NCBI RefSeq assembly: GCF_018350175.1
Contig: NC_058382.1
Location: 55,430,001 to 55,494,000 of the forward strand
From: Felis catus
Lineage: Eukaryota
DNA: 64,000 bases
Direction: 5' to 3'
In this document: positions 51,485 to 64,000 of the stretch, in pieces
Position numbering within the stretch: position 1 is the stretch's first letter
How the letters are laid out: the number at the start of each line of letters is the position of its first letter
Made by a program: the position numbers and the translations under genes
Notes under the pieces: generated by a model
What the model saw: only the letters and a program-made list of their open reading frames with translations
The model's database searches: none
What the model was told of the DNA's origin: nothing

Positions 51485-53311
51485 CTGAAAAATGCAACAG
51501 CACTATCAGGGCTGGAACTGGCTTATTAAAGAAACTGGTATCAATTATATTTGAAGGTAGAGAAACAGAAGTCGCAGAATCTACAGGAGTCACCAAAATT
51601 TATAGGGAATTCTCTGTAATACTTTACTCCACAATGTGCTAACAGAAGTCGGCTCTGAATGAAGAAAATAGTAAGACAAAAAGCGCCACTAGATTAGACT
51701 TCCTGCTAATAAGTTTAAATTGTATTTTAGATCATAAATCTTTTTTTTTTTTTTTTTTGAAAGAGAGTGTGCACATGAGTGGTAGAGTAGGGTAGAAGGA
51801 GACAGACAGAATCTTAAGCAGGCTCCATGCTCGGTCTGGACGAAGCCTGATGTGGGGCTCAATCCCAGGACCCTGGGATCGTGCCCTGAGCTGAAATCAA
51901 GAGTCGGATGCTTAACTGACTGAGCCACCCAGGTGCCCCTTGATCGTAAATCTTATTAGTTCCTTATATCTAAAGCAGGCACACTGCCAACATGTTCTAG
52001 TGAGCAGGGGAAAGAAAAAAGCAAACTTTCAAATTTCCTCCGAATGGGAATGAATGGAAGAATACTACACTCAAGAGTAATACTAAATGCAATCTTTAAA
52101 AAAATTTTTTTAAGCTTATTAATTTACTTTGAGAGAGAGATAGAGAGAGAGAGAGAGAGACAGCGAGCATTCCAAGAAGGCCCCATGCTGTCAGCACAGG
52201 GATGGATGCAGGCCTCAAACTCATGAACCATGAGAGTTTCAGCCCTGAGCTGAAACTAAGAGCCAGATGCTTAACCAACTGAGCCATCCAGGTGCCCTTA
52301 AATGCAATTTTTGGAGGGGGGAGGCTGGCTCTGATATCCCCGGAAGGACCAGCTTCACTCTGGAACAAGAGGGTGGATAATACATTCTACATGATGTCCA
52401 CATGCCATGGATCTCTCCTCCATTCTTTTTCTCACATTAACCTTTTCTTGATAGTTACCCCCTGAGAAACTTTTTTTTTTTTTTAATGTACAATACCTTC
52501 TTTACAACAAAGGCAGGACAAGGAAGGGACAGCAGAAGAGAAACCAGATTCGTGCTTTTCCAACATTTATAGGACTGAAAAGAAAATAATTCTGGGAACA
52601 GAAGCTCTGTGAGGGCACAGACTTTGGTTCTCTGCTGCACTCCAATGCCTCAAGAGGGCTGATGAACCACAGGTACAGAATAAATATTTACTGAATAAAT
52701 GAACTCCATGCTAGGTGCCAGTAAAGACACATGCAACATTAAAAATGTGTTCTAAGTACATCCTGCTTATAATGAAGTAAGTGCTCTCAAGTTGGTACCT
52801 TTTCATAACCAGCTGTATACCTAAATTTTCTCATGTTTCATAACAGCTCAGATCTGTAAGCCAAACAGTTCAAAACATTTTCCCAGAGAGAATGTATTCT
52901 GTGTTTCAGAGTACCAGTCCTGAAAGCCATTTTCTAATAGGCTCCCACATCAGAACCCAAGGGCCAGGCCAACTTCTTTTCTCACTGTACAAGACATACT
53001 GTGGAGGGCTTGCCTACCCCCAGCCCCAGTCCCTGGGCATCGAACACTCATAATCTTTGCTTCCCCCGCCTCCCCCTTTACCCCACTGCCCTCTTTCTCT
53101 TCCTCTAAATCTTTCAGCAGGCCAAGGCAAGGAAATTACATATTAAAAACAAACACTTTTAGTGTTGATTTTGTGTAAGGCAAATATAACATCTTAATTA
53201 TCATGCATCCTCAAAAAACGGAAAAAAAAGAAAACCTACAATCTTTGAATAAAGGTTTAGCTAATCTGGCGATTAGCGTGGTGAACTCTGGTTCTCTTCA
53301 GGCATCCTTAT

Positions 53312-53531
53312 AGAGTGGTTTTCAACCAGGGTAGTTTTGTTCACCAAGGGACCTTTGCAATGTCTGGATACATTTTTGGTTGTCACAAGTGGGCCATGTG
53401 TGTGCACGTGCACACTACTGATATCTAGTGGGGACAGGCCAGGGATGCTGCTAAACATCTCAAAATACACAGATAGCTACAAAGAATCATCTGGCTCCAG
53501 ATGTCAGTGGTGGCAGGGCTGAGAATCCCTG
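53312..53531 (+). mobile_element. MER20 hAT MITE
   Basis: GTGGTTTTCAACCAGGG...GCAATGTCTGGATACATTTTTGGTTGTCACAA...GGCCAGGGATGCTGCTAAACATC...GAGAATCCCTG. Confidence 0.8.
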
Positions 53532-54174
53532 GCTTCACGTGATAGTCATCAAACTAAAAATTTACATCATAAACCTCCATTTGGTTGGCCAAGTACCTGA
53601 TATGATGGCTTCTGGTACATGCGCCAGAATGCTAATAAATATTTGTTAAATGAATGTCTGTGCTTCTCTACAAAACTGAGGCATGGAAATTCAAATCAAC
53701 AGCTCATAAGGTGAATATTTACTTTTCAAACAAACTTTCCAAAGGATTCATTTAAAACTCTATTTACAAGCTCAGATTAAAACCTGTCCATTAAAAAGTC
53801 AAATTACTCGATTCTTAAGTAACGTTTTCCATTAGAAAAGATATGTTTCTAGACTCAAGAAAACAATTTTTCATAATAGCATCGCATGAATAAAACCTGG
53901 ACGTTCTTGTAAAAGCCCGGAGTTGAGATTCTAACACTCATGGAAGCGCTGTCAGGGAGCGCGTGCTGCTGTATTAAATTATCTACTCAACTCCACCACA
54001 ACGTGAGGCAGCAACACTGCAATTTCTTTAAATAGCTACAGCGGTATTTCAAGACTTGTTATTTTCTATATAATGAGAAGAAATGCTACCCGGTGGGAAA
54101 AAACCTAAACCCAATTATTAGCAGAAAGAATTCAATTGGAAAATTTTAAAATGGGAAGCAATTATATTTAATAC

Positions 54175-54265
54175 CTCAACCTCAGGATTAAATCCTCTGA
54201 ATGACATTCTTCCATAGAGAAGGTCTTCACATAACAAGAAGCTCTGCTCTTCTATTATGAAACAC
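54175..54265 (-). CDS. MPHOSPH6: MPHOSPH6 (MPP6, nuclear exosome cofactor) exon 3, 91 bp
   Basis: Minus strand ttttcctgcttag acceptor and GAG|gtatta donor. Translates (E)CFIIEEQSFLLCEDLLYGRMSFRGFNPEVE with the conserved GRMSFRGFNPEVE motif. Confidence 0.96.
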
Positions 54266-54409
54266 CTAAGCAGGAAAATAAGCCTGTGTTAATGGCATGT
54301 CTTCTTATAACAAAGCACAGCAAATAAAAGTCAGGATTTCAAATGAAAAATCGATCTTCCGGTTCTTAGCAGAATCAAGTAAAAGTAAGGTAAGACTTCT
54401 ATTTTTTTT

Positions 54410-55025
54410 TTTAATTTTTTTAACATTTATGTACTTATTATTGAGAGACAGAGAGAGACATAGTGTGAACAGGGGAGGGGCAGAGAGAGAGGGAGACACA
54501 GAATTCTACACAGGCTCCAGGCTCTGAGCTGTCAGCACAGAGCCCGACGTGGGGCTCGAACCCACAAACCGCAAGATCGTGACCTGAGCCGAAGTTGGAC
54601 GCTTAACCGACTGAGCCACCCAGGCACCCCAGTAAGGTAAGACTTCTAAAGTAGGGGTAGAAATAAAAACTGTTGACCTTGGCCAGCAAAGCCATTAGAA
54701 GACAAGAGCTGGAGGCTGCAGGCACAGCCTTGCCTAAACACATTTAATTGGCATAAATACCTACACAACATAGAGACCTAAACTATTTATGATAAACCTG
54801 AATTTTCCGAGGGCACCTGGATGGCTCAGCCGGTTGAGCGTCCAACTTCAGCCCAGGTCATGATCTCGTGGTCCGTGAGTTCAAGCCCCGTGTCGGGCTC
54901 TGTGCTGACAGCTCAGAGTCCAGAGCCTGTTTCAGATTCTGTGTCTCCCTCTCTCTCTGACCCTCTCCTGTTCATGCTCTGTATCTCTCTGTCTCAAAAA
55001 TAAATAAACATTAAAAAAAAAAAAA
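54410..55025. mobile_element. Head-to-head CanSINE pair in MPHOSPH6 intron 2
   Basis: - copy at about 54410-54630 (TSD AGTAAGGTAAGACTTCTA) and + copy at about 54810-55025 (TSD CCTGAATTTTCC). Confidence 0.88.
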
Positions 55026-56216
55026 CCCTGAATTTTCCAAATCTGAAGCAGTTTCCTTGATGTTTACATCCCCAACCCCACCAACTTCTTACTAAGTTCT
55101 GATTAAATACCCTGAAATCAGAGTCCCGGCCAGCTTTAAGAGAGCGTATTAGCTGGAACTCTTAGCTATAAACAACAATGACCGACTTGAGCAGAGAAGG
55201 AATTTATTGAAAGGATACCAGGTATCTCACAGAATCTCTGGGATAGCTGGATGAGCAGGAATGGAAAATAGGCAGAAATAAAGGTAGCTAAGTCGTCAAC
55301 CCCCAATTGAAACATGGTAAAATCTATCCTGGTAAAAATGCTGCTGCACCTCAGGGGGCTAATCTCTGGACAGCAGAGGGCACTGGGCGGCAACTTGTGT
55401 TGCCCTGGAAGGAGGATGGAGATGTGTTTCAGACTCCAAAAGGGCTTCCTCTGAGTCACCAGTTTATTACCCCAGTCCCAGGTAAGCGTATCTGACTACA
55501 GCCTGAAACCATAAAGGGATCAACCATAAAGAACACTGGGAAAGTGAATACCTGGCCATTTTGGCTTCTTTGGCAGAAAGCAGGCCCTCCTTGCCAAGAT
55601 TCACTCACTTAGCTAACACCTATTAAGCCAAACTGTGTGCCAGGCAGTGTTCTAGAAGCTGGGGGGACAGCCATGAGTAAGTCTCTGCTCTCAAGGAGGT
55701 CACATTCGAGAGTGGTGCCAGATGATAAAGATGTATATTATACAGTGGAAAAAGATGAAGGTTATTTCACTCCTGTCCTTAAGAGAGCAGCTGGTATCAA
55801 ACTAGTCCTCCGACTTTAGCCAACGATAAAATAGGACTAAGTAGGAAACGAACAAGTCAAAGCACAGCGCTGTGATGCTTGAGAGAAAAAAACCAGATGA
55901 AGTAAGTTTTCTGACTAAAGGCAATGAATGCCCACCTTCTGACTGAAGGCAACCTCTAGACTGTGGAGTGGGAGTGGGAGCCCAAACTAAGCCCGGTCTT
56001 ACTGAAAGGAAAAGGGAAATTGAAGTTTGGGGATGAAGTATATGGGTCAAGAGACCAGAGATGGGGAGATATATAGAGGAATTCTGGGATCCTTTATGCA
56101 AAATTTTGCATATTTGTTTCCCTTGAATGTTTGGCCAAATACTAGACTGTACGCATGCAGGTCAAGTCCAACAGTGTCAGGGGAAAAAAACAATTTCCAG
56201 GAGAAGAATTACCTGG

Positions 56217-56647
56217 TACATTAGTTTCCTAGGACTGCTATAAGAAATTACCACAAAATGCATGGGCTAAAGAAACAAGAAATTTATGCTCTCAATTCTG
56301 GAAGTCTGCAATCAGCCTCACTGGACCAAAATCAAGGTGTTGGCAGAGCCATCCATGCTCCCTCCAGAGGCTGCAGAGAATTCATTCCTTGCTTCTCCAG
56401 CTTTCTTTTAACAGCCAGCAGTCTGTGGCTTGTGATCACTGTAACCTCTGCCTTCTCTTCTGTCTCCCTTTTATAAAGATACACGTGATTGCATTTAGGG
56501 CCCACCCAGAAAATCCAGGATAATCTCCCCATCTAGAGATCTTTAACTTAATCACACCAATAAAGTCAACTTTGCCATATAAGCTAACATAGGTTCCAGG
56601 GACGAGGACGTGAATTTTATTTGGCGGGCCATTTTCTAGCTTACCAT
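56217..56647 (-). mobile_element. MLT1C/D-like MaLR LTR
   Basis: TACATTAGTTTCCTAGGACTGCTATAAGAAATTACCACAAA...GGGCCATTTTCTAGCTTACCA. Confidence 0.78.
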
Positions 56648-56849
56648 CCCTGAGAAAGAAAATTTACCCTAAAATTGTACGTTGAACAAATACAAGATTT
56701 GCACAAAGGAGGGAAATGTTTCAGTTGTGTCTATCTAGAGTGGGGGGACCAAGCTGAATATCCTGTGACATCGAAAAGAAAGGTCACCCTTCAGGAGTAG
56801 GACTCATCTAGCAAGACAGTCAAGGCTATAAAACCTACTCTAACAAAAA

Positions 56850-59690
56850 CAGGGACCAAGCTGATTGGAATGTAAATCAATTGCCTAACGGAACAAATTC
56901 AACACTTTATTAAGGAAGGCAACAAATTCCAGGTACTCAACAATGTAATACATAATGTGAGGCCACAGTAAAAAGTTGCTAAACATGTAAGGAAGTAGGA
57001 AAATGTGACCCATAAACAGGAGAAAAACAAATAAATAGAAAAAAAGAGATGATGGAATTAGTACAAAAAGGACTTTAAAACAGTTATATTAAGTATGTTC
57101 AAGGATTTAAAGGAACACAGAAATGTAATGAAGACACAAATAAGGAACGTGAATTAAAATATGGAAATTATGAAAACTTATCAAATAGAAATTTTACAAC
57201 AGAAAATACAGTATCTGATGTGAAAAATCAGAATTGTCCTCTATCTATTAAAGAAACTAAATTCATTATTATGAGAGAAAACTCCAGATCCAGATGGCTT
57301 CACTGGTGAATTTTATCAAAAATTTAAGGAAGAAACAATACCAATTTTACTCAAACTAAGAAATGAGAAGAGAAGGAAGGGACACTTCCAAACTCATGTT
57401 ATGGCCCAAACTACAGGCATTGTAAGAAACCTACAGTGGAATATCCTTTATGAATATGAATGCAGAAATCATTATTAAAATATTAGCAAATTGAAAGAAC
57501 TATATATACAAAACATATGAATACCAAGGGGTGATTTGTTTCAGAAACATAAGGTTGTTGTGAAACTGAAATCTCAAGATAATTCCCATGTTAACAGAGG
57601 AAAGAAGAAAAACCATATGATCAACTCATTAAAAATCATTCGACAAAATACAACATCATTTACAAAAGTCTTCAGTGGGGCGCCTGGGTGGCGCAGTCGG
57701 CTAAGCGTCCGACTTCAGCCAGGTCACGATCTCGCGGTCCGTGAGTTCGAGCCCCGCGTCAGGCTCTGGGCTGATGGCTCAGAGCCTGGAGCCTGTTTCC
57801 GATTCTGTGTCTCTCTCTCTCTCTGCCCCTCCACCGTTCATGCTCTGTCTCTCTCTGTCCCCAAAGTAAATAAACGTTGAAAAAAAAAAAAAAAGTCTTC
57901 AGGAAACTAGGAAGAGAAAGGAAAATCTCTCATGCTGGTAAAGGACATTTAGGAAAACATACAGCATTTTATATACTTAACAGTAAAATAGTTAATACTT
58001 TCTCCCTAAGATCAGAAACAATGCAAGGATGTCCATTCTTATCATTGTACTGGAGATGCTAGCCAACAACAAAGGAAGAAAAGGAAATAAAAGTTTTAAT
58101 TTTCTTCTCTGTAGATGACTACTGCATATGGAGATAATCTCAAGAAATCTACACAAAACCACTAGAGTTGGTGAATCAATTTAGCACAGTACAGAATACA
58201 AGGTCTATATACAACATTTCTACGTATGTAAATACAACAAACAATTTTGGGAAAAAGGCTATTTGCAATAGGAATTAAAAATATGAAATACATAGGGATA
58301 TATTTAAGGATATATACACAAAACCTCTCCACTCCAAACTACTAGCAATTACTGACGGGTATTAAATAATAGCTAAATAAATGGGTATATCATGTGTATG
58401 GACTGAAGAACACAATTTTGTTAAGATACCAATTTTCCTCAGATTGATTTACAGAATCAATGCAATGCCAATCAAAATCCTATTTTTTGGAGGAGGAAGG
58501 GAATCACGGAAAGAAATTAGTAAGCTGATTCTAATATTTATATGAGAATACAAAGGATGTAGACTAGCCAAAACAATCTTGAAAATAATAAAAGAAAACT
58601 TGCGCTATCTGATTTTAAGACTTCGAGACTGCAAGATTCAAGATTGCAATCCATAGTAATCAAGCCGATAGGATAGAAAAACTTATGGTGCAAAAGAATT
58701 GAGTCCAGAAAAAGACCCATACTAATACAGCACATTGCTTTTGACCACAGCATCAAAACAATGAGTAAAGAAAAATATTTTCTTTAAATAAATGGTACTG
58801 GGACCATTGATTTTCTATAGAAAAACAAAACAAAACAAAAACAGACCTTGATTTCTACCTCACACCACACAAAATCACACACAAATAAAAATCAAAGACA
58901 GATCACACATAAAAATGTAAAAGCTAAAATTAGAAACATTCTACAAGCAAACATAGAAACTATATTTGCAAATTTGGTACAGGCAAAGATTCACTAGACA
59001 GGACCCAGAAAGAACTAACTATAAAAGGCAAAAAGATGAATGAAACAAAACAAAAGCTACTGTTCATCAAAGACAACATTAATAAATAGGCAAGCCCACA
59101 AACTGGGAGAAAATATTCCCAATATATACATCTGTTAAAGGATCTGTATTCAAAATATAAAGAACTCCTATCTCTACAGAAGTATGTAAGTTTTACCTAA
59201 AAAACAAAACGGAATAAAACCATAATGATATGCATGCTGAAGTGTTCAGAGAGAAAATGTCTGCAACTTACTCTGAAATACACTAAAAATAAAATGGATT
59301 GACAGATGTATAGAGGGATGGATAAATATGTAACAGAAGATAGTAGAAAAAAATGTACCTATTTCATTTTTAAAAATGGGCAAAAGAACTGAATAGGGAC
59401 TTCACAAAGGGAGATACAGAAATGGCCAATAAGCACATAAGAGTTCTTTAACATCAGTCACCAGGAAAATGCAAATTAAAAAGCATAATGAGACACCACT
59501 AGAATGACAGAATAGGTAAAAAGAAAAAGATAACCTCAAATGTTGGAAGGACTGGAAAAATCAGAACTCTTACACTTCTTTAGTTAAAGTGTAAAATGGT
59601 GCAATCACTGTGGAACACGGTCTGAGAGTTTCTCATAAAGTTAAATATATATGCCAACCTTACAACCCAACAATTCCACCTTTACCGAAG
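56850..59690 (+). mobile_element. Degraded L1 body (ORF1/ORF2 remnants) in MPHOSPH6 intron 2
   Basis: A-rich plus strand with ORF2 relics such as CCAGATGGCTTCACTGGTGAATTTTATCAAA ([10 protein letters not shown]), AGATCAGAAACAATGCAAGGATGTCCA and AATGCAATGCCAATCAAAATCC. Confidence 0.8.
57677..57890 (+). mobile_element. Young SINEC_Fc inserted in L1
   Basis: Near-consensus copy with TSD AAAAGTCTTCAG. Confidence 0.9.
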
Positions 59691-59862
59691 ACAAATTTTA
59701 AGCAGAAAGAGTTGAGGGTCCCCAGAAAAAGAAAGACAAAATCACAGCTTTCGTGATACCAGAGAAGTCATTCTAGGTCCCCAGCTATTTTGGGCGATCA
59801 ATGCCCTACATGCTCAAGCACACTTCTAGCAGAACTTCCTAGGTGTCAGAATTACAAAGAAA

Positions 59863-60436
59863 TGTGAAATTCTCAGTAAAGATTTTAAAGGAACAAAGAG
59901 AAACCAAAAACACACACTCTACCAGGCCAGGAAATAGCCTAACCAGAGACAACAAACCACTTGTAAAACTCCCTGTGCTGTTTCAAAAGTAAGAAAGGCC
60001 CAGTATCAGGAGCCCAAGACCACCCATCCAGTTTATACTAGCTGTGGGAGCATGCCCATTAGTCCCTTCCCCTCTCCCGACAGTTTCCTTGGCCTCCCTA
60101 CAGTGTTAGTCTCCACCCTCGGAGGAGCACAAGCTTCATTCACATAACATAGGATGTATGTACAGGCATGTTTTCTAAGTACGCCTGCACTGCCTCATGT
60201 CTGCCTTTACATGCAATGACAAAGTTCCCCTGTCTGAATATTCATCCTAATCCTAAGTAAAAGAAACCCACTTGCCCCTACTTGGGAGAGTCATGGCTTT
60301 GGAAGTCATTCCCTGTGATCTCCTTATTTGCTGCAAATAAAGTTTGCTTTGTGGACAACTCCATCTCGTGTAGTCCTTATCTGTAACTCAGCAAGGAGCA
60401 AACTCACGTTAGTTGTAGTTTTGTCGTTTGGCTACA
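59863..60436 (+). mobile_element. Probable ERV LTR
   Basis: TG...CA ends, AATAAAGTTTGCTTTGTG poly(A) context and LTR-like U5. TSD is not clean. Confidence 0.45.
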
Positions 60437-60659
60437 AAATGAAAATATGACTCTATGCCAAGTTTGGAAGGCAATGAAGAAGAAAATATGAAGACAGCTG
60501 GGGAAGAGCAGCTAGATAAAAGTCCTGAGAAGGCAGTGTTAAGTGACCTGTCTGAGAAACAGGGAGGAGGCCTCCCTGAGGGAGGAGTGACAGAAGGGAA
60601 TGCTGGTAGGAAGTCAGTATTATTTTCACAGTGACAGTAAGATGTTGTTTTCTTCACTG

Positions 60660-61813
60660 TGTTGACCCTTACACAGAGGGTGCAAAAGCAATTATGAGTA
60701 AAAGTTCACCTTAGCATGAATTAAAGTCGTGATACCATACTACACTAGTAGTCATTGCATTATTCACTGTTGGTTTTCAAAGTCTTTAAAAAGGGAAAGA
60801 AGCCAATAAGAATGTTCTTGATAAAACAGTAAAAAATTTATTTTCATTAATCTCAGTCTTCAACAATATTCTGCATACAAAATAGTAAATATATATATTA
60901 TATATACACATATATGTTATGTATATATAATACATGTATATATAATACATAACATATGTGTGTATATATATATGTCACTTCAAAGGAACAACTGACAATA
61001 CTTGTTGCCAGTAACAAAATTCAAGCTTTCAAGCAAAAATTAGAATTTTGAATAGCTTGTGTATGGCATCTTGGGTTTGAGAGCTTCTCAATACTTAAAA
61101 GATTTTTCTGATGAAACCGATGGTAATATTAATGAATGTTTTTTGAAATCATACAATGAAATGAGCTACCATTTAGAAAATCTATACAACTCACCGAACT
61201 AGCAGTTTCCAAATGAGAAATGCATGATGTTATGAAATCATGCATGGATAAAAGGTCTATTCAAAATGTAAGGTAGACTAATGATTATGAAAAATTTATT
61301 GATGCTTTGAGACTCCATGCTGCAGTTAACTGTAAAGAAACTATTTATTGGGTTTTGGAGTAGCGTCGAAGAATTACCTGGAAAAGCTGTTATAATACTC
61401 CTCTCTTTTCAATTACATCATCTGTGTGAGGGTGGATTTTCTTTATATCCCTCAACCAAACCAATAGACTACAATAGGTTGAATGCGAGGGTTAAGAGAA
61501 ATCACCCAGAGAATCCACACATCTTCTATTATGCCAGACACTGAAAGATTTGCAAAAATGTAAAACAGTGCCATTCTTCTCACTAATTTTTTTTTATCTT
61601 GGAAAACAGTTATGTTTTCATGAAAAATATGTTATTTGTGCTAACATGTTAATGAGGCTACCTGTAGAGTGAGCATTTAAAAATTTTCATTTTAATTTCT
61701 TACACAGTAAATATCGACATGAAATAAACTACACAAATGGAATCTCTTCAGGGGTTCCAAATAATTTTACAAAATGTCAATGGTCCTTGAGCCCAAAACT
61801 TTGAGAACCTCTG
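60660..61813. mobile_element. Charlie1-type hAT transposon remnant
   Basis: AAAATTCAAGCTTTCAAGCAAAAATTAGAATTTTG and CAATACTTAAAAGATTTTTCTGATG transposase relics. Terminal ACTTTGAGAACCTCTG. Confidence 0.75.
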
Positions 61814-62656
61814 TTCTTCGGGTTCCTCTCTACCTGGCTCTCTAGTCCAGCCTCCTTCAGCACCTCCCATTCCCTGAGACAGCCTAAATTCAGGCACACA
61901 TACTCCTGAATTTTTGTTCAGCCTTTTCCACAAATGTGGGATTCCTTCTCAATTGCCTAATCTTGGTCCTTGGGCAGTGCAGCAGATAAAACCTCATCCA
62001 TCTCCCAAATCAATTACCCCCCTCAGGAAAGCATCATAACTACTCTCACTTCAGACAAAAGAAAGAAGCAGGGGCCAGGAATGGATTCACAGCAGGACCA
62101 CTGCTCCCTCAGAGGGCCTTTCCCAGGGGTTTCCATTAACACAACAGCTTTAATATAAAAAGGGACACAGATGTTATCTACAAGCATAGTTTCAATAATT
62201 AGGAAAATTAATAGAATTAGCAAAAAATTAAATATTCTAAAACTTAACTATAAGCATTCTGTATTTTAATATCCTAATTTTTATTAATGAGGACCCATAA
62301 TTTTATTATTATTTTTTTTAACATTTATTCATTTTTGAGACAGAGAGAGACAGAGCATGAATGGGGGAGGGTCAGAGAGAGGGAGACACAGAATCTGAAA
62401 CAGGCTCCGGGCTCTGAGCAGTCAGCACAGAGCCTGACGCGGGGCTCAAACTCACGGACTGCGAGATCATGACCTGAGCCGAAGTCGGCCGCTTAACCGA
62501 CTGAGCCACCCAGGCGCCCCTATAATTTTAGAGTCAAAACACATCCAGGATATTACTGATTTCATCTATTTTTATAGATGAGTAAGTACTCAAAAAAACC
62601 CAGACTTGCCCTAAATCCACAAATAACATGCATGGCAAAGCAGGGGAAAAACACCC

Positions 62657-63147
62657 GGTAGGGAAACAATTCTCTATGGGTCTCTCCTGTGAATGAGGCG
62701 TTAATTGCCCTTTTGCTCTGGAATATCTTTTCAGGGATGTGTGTATAGTGAGCTGCTTTGAAAGGCAGAGCTACTGTCTTCCTTCAGAGCAAAGTGCAGA
62801 CTTGCTTAATGTCCAGTATAATAATGTCTCTCTTGGGGCCAAGGGTAAGTTGGCTTCTATTCCAGTATCAAAGATAACAGGAGTCCTAAGTTCAGGACTT
62901 CTCAGTTGTGATGCAAAACTACTGTGGGTACCACAAACAGGTGGGCCTCACTACATCATCCCCCACGGGATCTGGGGAGCAAGCAGGAAATGACACAAAA
63001 CAGACACCCACACTGTGTGTTGTGCTGTGAGCAATGAAGTCCTTGCGTCTGACCCAAGAGTCTTGTACCTTCCACCAGCATCCGTGAAACTGTGGCAAGC
63101 TAACCTGTTAGTTTACAGTATGATCTCCGCTCTCACAGTTCCTAACA
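62657..63147 (+). mobile_element. LTR40-like ERVL LTR
   Basis: GAAACAATTCTCTATGGGTCTCTC...ATCTTTTCAGGGATGTGTGTATAG...TCACAGTTCCTAACA resembles recalled LTR40. Confidence 0.65.
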
Positions 63148-63344
63148 TTCATTAGGCCACAATGTGCAAGCACAAGAAGCATGGTAGCCAAATACATACT
63201 TTTAAAGCAACATCCTGTGGCAAAAAAGCAATTAAACTGGCTATTCTCTGCACTGGGGCACATCCTTTGGAGAAAATCAATATGGCAAAAATACAGTGAA
63301 ATCTCTGATCTGGTAAATTCTTCTAGGAATTTATACCAAGAATC

Positions 63345-63690
63345 TTCTATCAGGTTCCCTGGAAACAGACTCTGAGACAGAGTTATGTGCAGAAGTATTA
63401 CTGGCCGGTGCTGTTTGGGAGATGCCCCTCTATGGAAATAAGGACGGCAGGAGAAGGTGACCAGCAATGTGGTTACACTAAGGCCTCAGCCCTTACGAAC
63501 AGCTCTGGACTTCGGAAGGTCCTGTGGTTGTTCTAAGTTGAAGCAAAGCAACCAGGTCCTCAATCCGCTACACAGCTTAGGCATTGGCCAGGGGTATCCC
63601 TTAAGGGGAGGTGTGGACTGAATAGCCCTAAATGTCATCACTGAATTGTAGCGATATGGCTGACATTACAAATGGCATCCTCTAGACTTC
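63345..63690 (-). mobile_element. LTR16-like ERVL LTR
   Basis: GGTTCCCTGGAAACAGACTCTGAGACAGAG motif. Confidence 0.55.
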
Positions 63691-64000
63691 TAGAGCAAAG
63701 TCCCCAATTCCAGAGATAGCAGGGACCCTCTGGAATAATTCAGATGATACCACCACGGAAGGATTCGCAAACACAAAAGAGCAAGAAGGAATGGGTGGAT
63801 TCCATAACAATCAAGTATAAGGAAATACATGTGCCACCAGAGTTTACTGTGCTTGATAGGACTGACCTGCTGTGGTGAGTGCATCACATATATTATCTAT
63901 TTACTTCTCATAAGGTATGATACTATTATCACACCCAATATACAAAGGACATAAGATGAGTTAAGTAACTTGCCCAAGGTCACAAGTAAGTAAGTAGCAG

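Noticed and set aside
230..62472. Recurrent short ORFs containing SAQVMIS, LEPASDSVSPSL or RERGRHRI
   Set aside because: All are CanSINE translations, not a gene family.
54266..64000. MPHOSPH6 exons 1-2 (and HSD17B2 exons 1-3 in 1-14348)
   Set aside because: Searched by eye for the expected peptides and a CpG island and found none. They probably lie outside the window.

Overview
Mammalian genomic DNA, almost certainly a felid, based on about 45-50 tRNA-Lys-derived CanSINEs counted by eye, several of the young cat-type SINEC_Fc form. Two convergent protein-coding genes are partly present. On +, the last two coding exons of HSD17B2 (14349-14486, carrying the SDR YxxxK catalytic motif, and 26888-27231). 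On -, the last three coding exons of MPHOSPH6/MPP6 (54175-54265, 51390-51484, 50799-50934). This matches the human 16q23 gene order as I recall it. The rest is intron or intergenic DNA rich in transposable elements. The largest hidden structure is a 7.27-kb, two-LTR, defective ERV1 provirus (16908-24175, GTAA TSD, PBS, PPT, gag-MA and env-TM relics) lying antisense in the last HSD17B2 intron. A longer 713-bp solo LTR of the same family sits at 7178-7890. Other elements are an ERV-L dUTPase relic, nested DNA/LTR elements, L1, MIR, L2, Charlie and microsatellites. Nearly all supplied ORFs are spurious repeat translations. I found no convincing previously undescribed biological system; the findings are locus-level curiosities. 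Repeat family names and human comparisons come from memory of consensus sequences, not database searches. Repeat boundaries without a stated TSD are approximate.
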